A DNA stretch of 64,000 bases from the human T2T-CHM13v2.0 reference genome, Homo sapiens (GCF_009914755.1 NC_060928.1), one strand, 5' to 3'. Positions 16,888 to 32,242 are shown, numbered from the stretch's first letter. Numbers and translations are program-made. The notes: generated from the sequence alone by a model not told the origin.

Positions 16888-16945
16888 AGGGGGGAGGGAG
16901 GGAGGGAGGGAGGGAAAAGAGAGAGAGAGAGAGAGAAGAGAGAGA
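16888..16945 (+). repeat. Polypurine (GGGA)n/(GA)n microsatellite
   Basis: GGGAGGGAGGGAGGG followed by a (GA)n run. Confidence 0.9.
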
Positions 16946-19225
16946 TTATTTAAAAAATAGAATTACATTCCAAAAAAAAGGTAACAAATATGCTGAGACA
17001 AATGATAAATCAATACTTGAAAAAAGTTTATGTAAACAAGGCTGATTCCATGAAGTATTGCTTAATTTTGCTAAGCAAATAATTTCAGTATAAATGCAGT
17101 AAATTGAACTGCATCTATTATATGTGATTCCTTAATAATCTCTTTTACTGGATCAAGATCTACTAAAGATATTATTTTCTTGCCTGCTCTGCAGGGATTA
17201 TTTCAAGTGCTCTAAAATCCTTATATCCCTGAAAGCCTTTTTGATACACACACAGTTAAATCCTCTTACAGTCAACCTGAATTTAGAAAAACGATTTTTA
17301 GAGTTTCTCCAAAAACACCACAGGAGCCTTCTAATGCTTACGCACTAGCACTACCCCCATCATCAAGGTACAGAGCTGTTTGGCTGCACATGCAAACAAT
17401 TGAAAGAGAAGCCTTTGCTCTTCCAGCTCTTTGCTTCCCCTTTCCACAGTGATCTTTCACTGGCCTCTCCTCTCTCCTATTTGTTTGTACTCTCTTCTTC
17501 TTCAACAGTCATTAAATTCTTTGTGAAGCTTATTTCATGTTCAGTCTTTTAGCCCAACCTGTTTCTGCTCACTGCAAAACAGAAGTTTTTAACAAAGCAG
17601 AGTCGTCTTAACATCTGTTCACTCTTAAACATATGATCCACTTCCAGCAAACTCTGAAAAAGTACAGAATTCAGACATCATCCTGTGAGTTAATCTTAAG
17701 GCTTGACATCCCTGAAACATAAATATGTATTAGTTTCTTTTGTGGGTTCCCCGCTTCCTTCTCTGGTTCATCAGAGCACTGCCCTCCAAGATGGAAGAAG
17801 AGAAAAAGATTTGCTTTCTTCAGAGGGGAAGTTTGATAACAGGGACATAGCACCTAGAGTACTCTATCCAAGTCCCAAAGATGAGTTCTGGGGCCATATA
17901 ATGTGTGCTTGATATTGTTAGGAAGCTCTCCTATCCTCCATTTCTCCGACAATGATAGGCTTGTCCCCAGGTGACTGTTGGGGAGCATTCACCTGAAACT
18001 GCCTGAGCCCACAGGGTCAATGGATTCACTGCTTTGGAGGATGAGTAAAAACAAGTCCATTTTTTTCAGGTCCAGCTGAAATTCCATTTATGAAGCCTTT
18101 AATCATTCAAATCCATAGCAATCCCATGGTACTTATTGTCTGTAAAATTCATAGACAACCTGGAAATATTTTTAGAATTTGTATTTAACACTGTCTTGAT
18201 TATAGAGCAATTTCTCTCTTGAATATCTTAATATCTACTAACAATATCATAAATCCATAATAATTAATGCCTATTAAGATGAGACTGGTCACCAAGACAA
18301 GATAGTCTTTATCTTAAAAACAAAAACAGAACAGTAAGGTGTATTTCAGAAAGATTTCCTTTAAAATAATTAATTTTTTGAAAATTGGGGCTCTTAATAA
18401 ATTAGAGATAACTGACACTTCCTGATAGCATTCAGCGATGCTGCACTCACAGTAATAGTAATAGCAGGGAACATGTGCTGGTGTTTTCCCCTGGCCAGGC
18501 AGTGGGCAGAGTCCTTTACACTTGGCCTTCCCAACACTCAGTAATAAATGCACTTTTGTAATTTACATACAATGGATGAGAAAACTGAGGCAGTTAAGTA
18601 AATTTCTAAAAATTTCAAGTAAGTGATAGAGTTAGGATTTGGAACCCAGGCAATTTCACTAGAGAACTCCTTGCCTTGAATCTTTGACTAAAATGAACTT
18701 TGACTTCATACTAATCATATTATGTATCCACTTTACTTGGACAACAGAACTACAGAGTTATGTAAGAAATAATGCAATTTGTCCTATTGACAGATTATTG
18801 TATTCCAAAGAAAATTTACATTTAAAAATTGCCTTGTAAAGACATGTAAAAATATGAAGGTGAAATGTGAATTTAAGAGTTTCAGATTCGAAGGAACCAT
18901 GTTATTTTTCCTGTGAGATGCAAATAATAAATTTTAAAGGCCACTAGTGAATTATATTATGTTTCAAAAATAAGATATATTTTTAATGAAATTGATAAAG
19001 CAGGCATACACACAATAGACACAATAGCCATGCATCCTCCATGGCTCATAAAACCTCTAGGCCTAAGGGGTGAATAGACTGAGCAGTTTTGGAAACCCAG
19101 AGACAGAGCTGGGTCTGATGAAATCCACCTGAAAAAGACAGGGAGGACGTGAAGGGAATGAGCAGCGTGACCTCACTCTCCTCTTGCCTGTGACTAAACC
19201 AGCAGCCAGAGGCAAGGGAACCCAT

Positions 19226-19398
19226 TCTTGTTTTGTTTTTATTTTTTATTTTTTGAGACATATTCTCGCTCTGTTACCCAGGCTGGAGTGCAGTGGTGCA
19301 ATCTTAGCTCACTGCAACCTCAAACTCCTGCGCTCAAGCCATTCTCCGTCAGCCTCCCAAAGTGTTTGGATTACAAGTGTAAGCCACCACATCCTGCC
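19226..19398 (-). mobile_element. Monomeric Alu (FRAM-like)
   Basis: T-rich tail plus a single ~145-bp arm. TSD GGGAACCCAT at 19216-19225 and 19399-19408. Confidence 0.85.
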
Positions 19399-21407
19399 GG
19401 GAACCCATGAACACAGTCCATTCCTTGTCAGCAACTTAGGTGGACAGCAGGGAGGAGAGCTTCAGAGTGAACCTGAGAAACCAACATAAGAGAGGTAGAC
19501 AGGAGAAGTGTCATCTATGTGTGTCTTCTATTTTTCTAGAACCTCCTTCTTCTTAGAGTTAAAAGTATGTAGATGTATTTGTACCATTCTGGAAATTTTC
19601 CCTATGTATTAAAAATCCAGAATCTAAGGCAAAATCATTAAAACATATATAACAAAAACATTTTGCTTTAAGAGACAATTTTATCTTTGCTTCTTTTACC
19701 AATTACTTCCTCATACTTATATTGAGTGATTCATATCTGCTAGGTATAGCGCTGGGCATCAGAAATAACAAGATTAGAAAGAATGCTCTTTGTTTTCATG
19801 AACTGTCATACTCAATTGGAGACAATAGCAAAATAGGTAGATTACTACAACCACTACTAGATAAGTGAGTTCCATGGGTTGAAAGCCCATTGCTTGACTT
19901 CTTGCATGACTTCTTGCATTTTCTCCTTATTTCTGTTAGTTTTGAATATTGTAAACAATAAGCACAGTGCTTGGATAGTGACATTTATTATAAGTAACAA
20001 TATATATTTGTTCTATATAGCCGTAATACGAAAACTTGGTGCTTAGAATTCCAAAGCTGGAGCTAGTAGTGGGATTCTCATCGCTTTGACACCTTTCTTT
20101 ATCAAGATGATTTTGCAGCAGGGTTTTACTGTTCTTTCCCTCAATTTGTATTTCTAAAGTCCCCATAGGACTTCCTCATCTTTGTAAATCTTGATTCAAT
20201 GTAGCACGGGAAATGTAGAATGGCTTTATGCTAGGAATGTGGCTTTTTTTATATATATATAATATAGAATGATTAGTCTTGGGATTTTGGTTTAGGCTCC
20301 TGAGATTTACCGGCTTAAATCATTCTGTTTTCCTGGACCAGAAGTAAATGTACCAACTTACATAAGCATAGGTTTAAATGAAATCAATAAACAAATCCTC
20401 ACCTACCTGCCTCATGGGAGAAGGAGTACAGAGGGATTAGATCTCCTTCACCTACCTAAACCAATTTAGTCGTTGTTATTAATGATCTTTGGAAGATAAT
20501 TTCCTGGTCATGTGGCTAATGCTGTTTTACAATTCAAGTGTCCTATGAGTAATAAAGATAAATCAAGCCAAGGTCAGAGTTGCTGGGTAAATGATTGGGT
20601 GAGACATTCAGAGAAAACAGTAGAACTATTTTTCTTTCCAGCCAAAGCTCAATGAAAAGAGCAATTATCCTAAGTTTGTATGAATCTGAGTCCCCATCCA
20701 AGCTCTTTCACTTTATTCTTTAGGTAAGTTTGTTCACTTCTATTAACTTTAGATCCCTTCTTTGTAAAGAAGAGATCATAATATCTACATACTTAGGATT
20801 CTAATGTGATTTAAGTGATATTATGTTTGCAAATAATGCATTATGTGCATTATACAAGGTAATTTCTCTATATCATTTTTATTGTTGTTACTGCATGACA
20901 CCTTTTTAAAAAACAGATTGCATTAGCAACAAAGGCACCTGCAGTAAGATAATCACAACACAGACCAGTGTGCTGAGAAGGAGGGAAGCAAATGGTGCAT
21001 ATGATTTTCTTATAGTTTATAAGAAGTCAGATTGTAACTTGTTTCCATTTTCTAAGGTATAAAATTTAAGCAAGCAGATCCTGAGGGATAATGAATGACC
21101 AGTGGCCTACTGAAGGCTACCCTACAATCTCATTGCAGAAATTTCTCATTTACAGATAGAGAAGCTTAGGCAAACGGAAGTCAGACCCAGATTCCCATTA
21201 GTACAGTGGTTCAGCCCTATCCCATCCCCAAAACACACCTGATCATGCACTTACCTTACCTTACATGGGGTCAAAGTACTCTCCCGGGGTAGGCTCCAGG
21301 CTTTTCAGATTTTTTATTCCTAGTCAGTAAAGCACATTGGGCAGGCACAATCCTATAAGAATATTTATTAAAGTATGCTCATTGAAATCAGAGCCCTTAT
21401 ACAGTAC

Positions 21408-22010
21408 TGACAGGAAAGTAAAATGGTACAGTCACTGGAAAAAACAGTGTGGCCATCCTCAGAAAGCTCAACATAGAGTTACCATACAAGCCCATAATCC
21501 CACTCCTAGATAAATGACCAAAAGAATTTAAAACAGATGCTCAAATACTGGCATGTGAGTGTTCATAGCAGCTCTATTCACAATAGCCAAAAAGTAGAAA
21601 TGGCCCAAGTGTCCATTAAGAAATAAATTGTGGTTTACATATGCAATGGAGTATTGTTCAGCCATAAAAAGGAACAAAGTACCAGCACACACTACAACAT
21701 CGATGAACTTCCACAAACATAATGCAGAAAGGAGCCAGGCACAGTCCCATGTTATATGATTCCATTTATGTGAAATATCCAGAATAAATAAATCCAGAGA
21801 GACAGAACACAGCCCGGTGGTTGCCAGGGGCTGGACGGTAGGAGGAATGGGGAGAAACTGCTTAATGGGTGGTTTTACTTTGGAGTGATGGAAGTGGTTT
21901 GGAGCCAGATAGAAGTACTGTTTGCACAAAATTGTGGATGTATTAAACGCCACTGAATTGTTCACTTTGAAATGGTTAGTTTTGTGTTATATGAATTTCA
22001 CCTTTAAAAA
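21408..22010 (+). mobile_element. L1MB-type 3' fragment (ORF2 end + 3' UTR)
   Basis: ATAGAGTTACCATA...CCACTCCTAG...GTTCATAGCAGC...TATGATTCCATTTATGTGAAATATCCAGAATA...ATGAATTTCACC. Confidence 0.85.
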
Positions 22011-23533
22011 TATTGAAAATTTTAGCTATACTCATTTAAACTGTATGAATATGCATATTTCAACATAAATAAAATAGAAATTAAAATAATGAGCAAAGGT
22101 GAAATAAACAGCATTTTATGTTAACTCACAGTACTAAGCTATTGCTCTCACAAAAATCTTGATTAATGATAGTATTTTTAAATAGAAGCATCATTGAATA
22201 TGTTTTTTATAATTAAGTTTAATAGCTATTTTATTTTAGAGGCAATCACAGCTAGAAGGATTATCTCATAGAGATAAGTTGATACAAAAGGAAAGGCATG
22301 TACCAAAGTACATAGACTACATTTACTAAATCATGATGTTTATTTTTGTAACCCCTTTATATAATCTACAGTATAATAAAATACATATATTACATATTAA
22401 TCCATAACATTATAATATGGACAATATTATAGATGATTATATATAATTTAGAAAAATTATTTTGCTAGGAAATTTCTCTTTCTTAAGTCAATCAGTTATT
22501 CTTAAAAACTATGTGGAAGATTTTGCCCATTTATATTTTTAAACACATGACTCAAAACCTGCTTAAATTTGTTATTTGAGAGACTTTTAAAGAAGTTAAA
22601 AATTCCTACTTCCAAAATGAAAAAAATTAAAAAGTGTTCAACTCTGAAGGTTTTTATGGATGATAAACATATTTTAACAATAAAAATCACGATTGGAAAT
22701 TTTCCAAGTCAAATTTTCAAAATACTTTCTCCAAAATTATAAGTTTATTTTGAACAGCACTTAATCTCTCAAGCACTGTTTCAATCATTAACTTTAACTT
22801 ATATAACGTTTTAATAACACCTATTATGCAGCATAGTATTATCACCCACTTGATATCACAGAAACAGTCAGGAAAATTAGATCACTTTTATTTTTGTTTT
22901 AAGAAAGAATGTGTGTAACTCATCTTTGACAATTCACAAGATATGGTTATTCACAAGATAACCCATAAATCTCACAAAAGATTTTTATGGCCATTACACA
23001 TAGTACTAAAGATACCACTATTTAAAAATCTTGGTTTTATCATAACAAAATCAATAACACCTTGTAACCCATAAACTACAATGCCTCACAATAAGCTGAG
23101 AGCAAATCAACATATGAATGAATGTGCTACTGTCACACACTCCCACCCTTTCTTGAAAACACACCGTGTATGTGAAAATCAAACATAGGCAGTCAAAGTG
23201 TCAGAACATATATGAAACACTATTAACTTTAATTCTTTCCCATTTTAGGTAAAAATTGAGATAAATAGAACTTATAATCTTATCCTCTTCCACCCTTATG
23301 AGTCGTGTGCTTATGACACCTAGGGATGCTCATCCACTTTGGAGACCACTGGTCCACTGGACTAGCTGAGAGAGGAGGAATTTGTAGCTTGGGTTTACCT
23401 ATCACACAGTTGTAAGTACAAATTGGCTCAACCAAACAACTGATTTTGATATAGTTGTTTCTGAGTAAAATGTATACCCTTAAGCTATTGCCCAGAAGAT
23501 GGAAATAGTTGACAAAAATTTCATATCAATTAA

Positions 23534-23866
<333 letters not shown>

Positions 23867-24315
23867 AGGGACACTTTTTATGCTAAATTTTGGTTCATTT
23901 TTAATAAAAAAAAATTTCTTAAACAGTACAGCAATGAAAGGCAACATAAAGTAGATCACTTTTTGCAGTTAAATAGCAAAAAAATTCCAACTTCCCAAGC
24001 ATCTTCCTGAACATTATTTTTCTAAAAGCATATTTATTATAATCTGATATTTTGTGCTTTCTGAAATTTTATCCCAATGCATTAGGTATTAAACAAAATA
24101 CAAGTACTTGTATATATTGTATTTTATGAAAAAATTATATTTAAAACGTCAATCTGAAATCATTTCCTTTTTTGCAGTTACTCTTATACCTACCTGTAGG
24201 TTAGCCACCAATCATCTGGAGCTCTTAGGCTAGGACAACCCATCCAGAGGGAACCCAGACCTTTCTGAGGCTTCTTGTCACCAAGACTGTCACTAATCAT
24301 GTCCCCTGTGATGCC

Positions 24316-24564
24316 CAGGCTGGAGTGCAGTGGTGTGATTGCAGCTCACTAAAGCCTTGACTCCCCAGGCTCAAGCCATCCTCCCACCTCAGCCTCCCAA
24401 ATACAATAGGTGCATGCCACCAAGCCCTGCGAATTTTTTTATTTTGTAGAGATGGGGCTTTGCCATGTTACCCAGGCTGGTCTCAAATTCCCCATCTCAA
24501 GCGATGCGCCCGCTGTGACCTTCCAAAGTGCTGGGATTGCAGGAGTGAGCCACTGCACCTGGCC
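24316..24564 (-). mobile_element. Alu (AluJ-like) lacking 3' end/tail
   Basis: Starts at TGCCCAGGCTGGAGTGCAGTGG with no preceding GAGAC or poly-T; ends CACCTGGCC. Confidence 0.9.
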
Positions 24565-25254
24565 TCTATTGCTCTTTTCTACTTGCAGTATCTCCATTGG
24601 ATAAAGAATTACACATCTATGCACATATATGATGCTATATCCACATTCTACAGATTTCAAGGATTCTGGCAGTAATAATTTACAAAGGAAAATATTAAAT
24701 CAGTCTCTTCAAATTGACAATGGTCAGAAAAATCTGCTGCCACCAGAAATACTAAGTTAGTCCTAAGTAGATACAAACATTAACTCAGTTACTTCTTTTA
24801 CTAATAATTATCCTATGCCTCTGCTTACTTTTTGCTCAAATTTATTTTTGACTGAGGACTCTACATATTAATCTCACTGCTGTCACTTAAAATGAAGTGC
24901 TTCCTCAGGATAATGACATTTAACTCCTTCACCTAAGAACTAATGGACTAATAAAATTTATAGATTCCTCCACTACAAGAAAATGGATTGTTTTAATGCA
25001 CTGCAGTTCAGTTGATCTAGGCCCACCCAAATCTGACAGTGTTACTGACATAATAACTGTGGACTCACATAATCCTATGCCACAAAGGCAAATGGCTCTT
25101 CGTGTCCTCTGATCCTCATGGTTTCTCGGTTACATATCTTATCATGGAATGTGTGAAGACACAGAAGTAAAAAAATAGCATGATCACCAGTAAGTTTAGA
25201 ATTTCAAGTTCTTCCCCGCTCCTTTGTATATTTGAAGAAGTCACTCCATTCCCC

Positions 25255-25450
25255 TGACCCTTGCTTTAATTTTCTCCATAGCATTTATCACCATCGGGCA
25301 TGACTATTATTTATTTTTATTCATATTTATTTATTCACATGAATTTCAGGAGGGCAGGCATTTTTTCTTTACATTTACTATTGTACTTCAAGTGTCTAAG
25401 ATAGTTCCTAGCACACGGGCAATATTCAACTAATTTTCATTGCATGAATT
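25255..25450 (+). mobile_element. L2 3' fragment
   Basis: TTTCTCCATAGCATTTATCACC...GAGGGCAGG...CCTAGCACA...TGAAT; typical L2 3' end. Confidence 0.6.
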
Positions 25451-25640
25451 AACAGTTTAACACTGGAAATTAAACTATTTTTCTTCTCTCTGACATAGTC
25501 TAGTATTTTTAATATTAGTGCATATTTTTCTCATTTCTCTAATATTTTTCTAATTACTTTTATTGAAAAATATACTCATACACAAAAGATTTGATGAATT
25601 GCCATATTTATATTTCTTTGATATAAGTTGGTTCTATAGT

Positions 25641-25975
<335 letters not shown>

Positions 25976-26429
25976 ACAGTTCTATATTATTTCTAACCAT
26001 AATATAATTTTTAATGCTTTTAGAGATAAGACAAATTCAAACTGGCTCAACTTTCTCTCTGCTATTTTTTACCTGTAGCTCTTATCAATAACACCTTTAT
26101 TGAGATACGTAAAAAATTGAACTCTACTGTCCAGCCCAGTCTCATAATCTATTTTCAGTCATTCTGTCTTTCAGATTTCTCAAGATTTAGCATGATAAAT
26201 TTAAGTGCTAGGAAATCTGATTGTTATTCTAGCTGTACCCATCAGTTGTTAACATCCCTAATGCTTATTTATTTCTCATATAAAAATAAATAGGCAACCA
26301 AATAATTTTTTTCTAGTATGCTCGATCTTAGATTATTTGAAAGTAGAGTCATGGATCTTGAAACTTTATCTTAAAATTGATTCATAAGGGAATAAATTAG
26401 TAAACATCTCAGACTTCAAAATCATATTA

Positions 26430-26640
26430 TCTAGGTTGGAAACTTGATTCACCTCATTACTACACAGGTGACCTTAAGCAAGTTACTTTATTACTCCAAG
26501 ATTCAGTTTCCTCATTTATGAAATACTGACATGCTTGTACCTATCTCATAAAAATGTTGTGAAAAGTAAATGAGAGATACCCTTTTAAGTGTTTAGCACA
26601 CAATGATTGTTCAAAATATGGTAAATGTAATCTGTATTAT
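26430..26640 (+). mobile_element. MIR SINE
   Basis: GTGACCTTAAGCAAGTTACTT...CAGTTTCCTCATTTATGAAAT...GTTGTGAAAAGTAAATGAGA core. Confidence 0.75.
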
Positions 26641-26676
26641 CCCCCCAAAATGTATGGAAGTCCTTTCTTCTTGAAT

Positions 26677-26678
<2 letters not shown>

Positions 26679-26714
<36 letters not shown>
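26679..26714 (+). repeat. (TG)18 microsatellite
   Basis: Direct reading. Confidence 0.95.
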
Positions 26715-26716
<2 letters not shown>

Positions 26717-28343
26717 GTGTCAAAATATTTTCACATGTATCTAACACCAGAGTTATTTGTGTATTTATTTTTCCTATATTTCCCTCATATAGGAAGTCTT
26801 ATCCATCCTCCTCTTTACTGTGGTCCCCAGAACTGTGTCTTGAACATGGCAAAAACTTGGTATGTATTTTTCAATACAATTAAACTAAAACAGGATACAC
26901 CTATAGATCACTTTAAAATGAAAATAATTTCACTTGCCTCTCATAAATAAAATCACATGAAAGTCTTTTGAAACACAATTTTCATAAAACACAAATGATA
27001 AATTCATTCAACAACTATGAATTGTTCCTGTATTCATCACTTCAAAAGTAGGTGTCATCTTGGATTTGCTGCTTCAAATGTGTTGCATTTAAGCTCCATG
27101 GAAGAGTGAACTAGAATCAGGGATTCCAGCCTCAGTCATGCACTTCCTAATTTAATAAACAGTATTTCCAAACACAAAGACTTCCCAATGAATTGAAACA
27201 TCAGAACTAAGGTCCTAATGAACCATTACAGCTATCTAATTTTCTCTCATATTCAAGTACTACTTTTTGCATTGGTCTAACAGGTAATAACCACTCACAT
27301 TTCACAGGAAAAACTGGGACTTGAAGAGAATAAAAAGTATGTCTAAGATGATTCAAAAAGCAGGAAAAAAAGTTTCAGTGTTTAGTTTTTAGTCCATCTA
27401 GTTTAGACTATCTCCTAAAAATTATAATATCTAAACTAGCAACACATAATGTAGCTAATTGGATTTTAATCTATGTAATTATTATAATATAAATGTATAC
27501 TTTTATATATGTACATATACACTTTTGTGTAAACTATACATATACATTTATGTATAATAATGTAAATGTGTAATTTTTTTCTAGAAGCTTCTATCCAAAG
27601 ACAAAAAGACATTATTGGGAATATAAAAATTCACTCAATATTATGATGACTAAACTGCTACAGTTATCAACAAAAATTCCCAGACAGAAAATGAAATTGA
27701 TGTTTTCCCCAATTAAATTATAAAGCTGACACATAAGCATGATATATTTATGACTGAAAATGTCAACCTTCTGGATATCACCTGGAAGTCTTATTCTGCT
27801 AAAAACGGAGAGCGCCTGATAAATCCTTGCCTTGCCTTATCTTGCTTTGACTTGCTGATAATTTCATATCCCAACAGGCTAAGGAGGCAGGAGTGGAGAA
27901 ATGGTATTTTGAACTTAATTTTACTAAATCCATACATGTCAAGGATGATGTTCAAACTATTTAATAAGCAGTACTGAACAGGCACCAGCCAGTCAGTTTC
28001 CAGAGGCCCTGTATGCTCCAGCAGTGAGTTGTTTAGCTGTTGGGTTGTGAGAATCCTAAACCTGGAGAGAGCTCCAAGCGTCCAGTGAACTGGGGGGACA
28101 GTTGAGTGTCTCTAGGAAGCGGGACTTATCAACCAGTATTTCAATACTGTAACAACACTATACCCATATTCTTGTATACCTGCTGCATACAAATTTTCTT
28201 TGAAAATTCTCCTCTCCTCTCTCTTGAATCCCGTGGACTCATCTCCTACTCTCAGTCTCATTGCTATCTAACCTAGGCAACCTAACCTAAACCATGAGTC
28301 TCGTGGCTTCTATCTCCCCAAAAGCATTTAAGCTCTTTTCTAG

Positions 28344-28636
<293 letters not shown>

Positions 28637-28670
28637 TTTTCTAGCCTGTCTTGGCTTCTGCTGGCAGTTT

Positions 28671-29344
28671 TTTTTTTTTTAAGGTCATTGAATTATTATT
28701 TTTTATTATACTTTAAGTTTTAGGGTACATGTGCACAATGTGCAGGTTTGTTACATATGTATACATGTGCCATGTTGGTGTGCTGTACCCACTAACTGGT
28801 CATTTAGCATTAGGTGTATCTCCTAATGCTATCCCTCCCCCCTTGCCCCTGCCCCACAATAGGCCCCAGTGTGTGATGTTCCCCTTCCTGTGTCCATGTG
28901 TTCTCATTGTTCAATTCCCACCTATGAGTGAGAACATGCAGTGTTTGGTTTTTTGTCCTTGCGATAGTTTGCTGAGAATGATGGTTTCCAGCTTTATCCA
29001 TGTCCCTACAAAGGACATGAACTCATCATTTTTTATGGCTGCGTAGTATTCCATGGTGTATATGTGCCACATTTTCTTAATCCAGTCTATCATTGTTGGA
29101 CATTTGGGTTGGTTCCAAGTCTTTGCTATTGTGAATAGTGCCGCAATAAACATACGTGTGCATGTGTCTTTATAGCAGCATGATTTATAATCCTTTGGGT
29201 ATATACCCAGTAATGGGATGGCTGGGTCAAATGGTATTTCTAGTTCTAGATCCCTGAGGAATCGCCAGACCAACTTCCACAATGGTTGAACTAGTTTACA
29301 GTCCCACCAACAGGTGCTGGTGAGGATGTGGAGAAATAGGAACA
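28671..29344 (-). mobile_element. 5'-truncated, 5'-inverted L1PA (L1PA3-5-like) with short 3' transduction
   Basis: Reverse-complement ORF2 C-terminus + 3' UTR (~28699-29313) and an inverted segment (~29314-29347). TSD CTTCTGCTGGCAGTTT at 28655-28670 and 29345-29360. EN-like site GTTT/AAAG. Confidence 0.95.
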
Positions 29345-30389
29345 CTTCTGCTGGCAGTTTAAAGTTCTGTTCATAACACTTTACTATTTCTCCAAACATC
29401 ATCATCAACACAAAACCCAACACTCTTAGCCTAAATATTAGGACATACCCTTCATCTGATCCCAACATATCTTTGCAAAATTGTTACTTTTTAAATAAAC
29501 TCTACAATCTAGGCAAAATGAACAGTTTTTTTCCTCTGAATATAGGACACATTTTCATGCTCCTATTATGATCTTATTCTGCTGCTTTGATTGGAACGCA
29601 ATTTCTTTCATCTGTGTCTATGCACTTCACAGACCACCTCAAACATGATCTTTGTCAAAGTCAACAATAATCTGAACACCTAGTACAGCTTTAGCAATGC
29701 TTTATATACACTGATGATTAAAAGAACTATCTTGTTATACAATTATTTGGGTACATATTTAATCTTCCTTGTAGACTGTAGTTTATTGGGTAGAATCCAC
29801 TTTTGATTCATTTTTGTGTTCTGATAGATCCTAGTTCATACTATACACACAGCAGCCACTCCGTAGATATTTGGTGGATGAAGAAGTGGGTATAACAAAA
29901 AACAAGAGGATAAAATGAAATTGGCAAAAATGTTGGCAAAGAGGGACTCTCATCTCAGAACTCATCTAACTAAAAAGAAAAGAAGGGAAAAAAAGAAATG
30001 TTGGCTATAGGAAAAAAAAAAGAAAAAAAGTGCCTGTCCTCTGAAATAGCATATTCTTAAGTTGACTAACAGGTAGATGACACTAGAAATTCTTAAACAG
30101 TAAATGATCAAGAAAGATGAAAGTCTAAAAAGATATGACCATAAAAGTAAACTGAAACTGAACCAGCAAAAGCTAATGAAATTGATCTACATGCACAGGG
30201 ATGATTGTGAACAGAAATTGGAAGGGAACTCTCATAACTCAACACACTTGAATACCAAAGAGTAGCATAGCCAAAACCCAAAAAGAACTGAGTCTTTTGA
30301 AAAAAAGAAAAAACATATACTTGTGAAATGGGGAGTAGGCTATGTTGGGTTTTTTTTTGTTATTGTTAGCTTATTTTGATTGATTGGTT

Positions 30390-30725
30390 TTATATATATA
30401 GATATATATATTTACATATAAAGTATGAATATGTATTTATATATTATATATATCATATATATCATATATCAATATATATTGATATTTATTTATATATAGT
30501 TATATATGATATATCATATATAAATATATATATCATATATTATGTATGTGATATATCATATATATATCATATATTATGTATATATTATATATAAATATAA
30601 ATATATAAATATATGTTATATATAAATATATATATAGAGAGAGAGTAAGGGATAGGGTCAGTCTTTGGGGAAGGTAGAGTATGTGTAGACACACACACAC
30701 ATACACACACACACACACACACACG
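30390..30725. repeat. Degenerate (TA)n low-complexity tract plus (CA)n
   Basis: ~250 bp nearly pure A/T (30390-30635); CA repeat at ~30689-30725. Confidence 0.9.
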
Positions 30726-31789
30726 TACAATTTAGTGTTTATTTTCCTCAACAATTATAATGATCAACATATGAAAATGGTAGAGCTAATATTGTTAAAA
30801 AGGGTTTTGAAACTCAGGGTAGATAAGGAATTGACAGCAAATAACCTAGTTACTCTTAATTAGTTTAGGTCTTCAAGCCTAGACAAATCACATTTCCAGA
30901 AACCAGAATTTATAGAAATCACTGTGAAACTATTGTTGTGAATATCTTTAAAGTAGGGGAGGGGTACAAAAACTATATACCCTTAAAATAATCATTAGAA
31001 AAAGAGAAAGGCATGAAAGTTATATATGAACAAAACATCCCACTTAAGAAACCATGAAAATTATATATTTAGAAACTAGAATTTGTATTATAAGTAGCCT
31101 TTGAATTTCATTTTTTGATGTAAAATAGTTTCATGTTATGAAATCATACATATTTCTCATTATTGGACTATTTTGTTTCTTATTGTTATTGGACTATTTT
31201 ATCTGTTTTTGTCTATATGTCATTTTTTACAGAATTCTGAAATTTATTTTAAAGATTTTTTTGTATTTAAATAAGGAGACCATATGTACTATGTGATAAC
31301 TGCAACATTTTATATCTATTTTGGGAAAAAAAAGAGGTATTTAATAAATGGGATTTATTCCATTGACATTGGTGTCTTTCCTGTAGGGATAGTTGGTTCT
31401 TTCTTAACTCTCAGGTCTCAGATATCCTCTCTTCACTAAGGTCTTCCTAATGATAACCATGGCTATTTATGCAATTTTTTCTGCCTCTGCATTTCTCTAT
31501 CTCCCTTCCTTACTCCATTATTTGATATAAAGTTATAACCATCTGACATACTAAAATTTCTACATAGATATTACTCTCCTTTCTCCCAGCCCCCTCATCC
31601 AGCTCCCCAGAATATAAACTGTACAATAGCCAGAATATTTGACTTTTTGTTCAATTCTATGTCTCCGATGCATGAGTTTATGACTGTTCATTATATATTA
31701 GTTTTTCTATAGCAAAGAAAATGTCTAGGTTTTGAGTGTCCTTTTTTAGTGTAGAAGTCAGAATGCAGAATTTACTTATATACATATAA

Positions 31790-32242
31790 AATAGAGCCTT
31801 CTCTATGACTAAGATACAGACATGTGAACTCACCTATCACACCCAACTACTCAAGACTCTGATTTAGAAATGAGCACCTCCAGCAAAGAGGCTCTGTGAT
31901 AAGCTTGAACTTTACTGGTGCATTTTGTAGCAGATGCTTCCGTGTTGGAGTGGAGCAGGGATTGACTGCATGGTCACTTTCCTAATGCAAAACTGGACTT
32001 TGGGGCTGGCAGTTGTGCTTATTGCAGTAAAGTTGAGTTGCTGACATTCAATTCTCAGTGGCAGCAGTAGTAGCAGACATAATTCTGGACATAGTTCTGG
32101 GCAGAGTTTGAGTTTAACCTCAAGCTCCGCCAAATTCTCCAATAACTCTGTGAAATATCTATCATCCTTCTAATATATTCCTTTTCTGTTTAAACTGTCC
32201 AGAACATATTCTATTTGTGAAACCAAGAACCCTTGTTAATAC
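31790..32242 (+). mobile_element. ERVL-class solo LTR relic (LTR33/LTR16-like)
   Basis: 3' end CCTTCTAATATATTCCTTTTCTGTTTAAACT...AACCAAGAACCCTTGTTAATACA resembles LTR33-family termini; 5' boundary uncertain. Confidence 0.55.

Noticed and set aside
28911-29468. 185-aa minus-strand ORF ending in the ORF2p C-terminus; likewise 56878..57120
   Set aside because: Fragments of truncated L1 copies with fortuitous upstream starts; no promoter evidence and no EN/RT domains.
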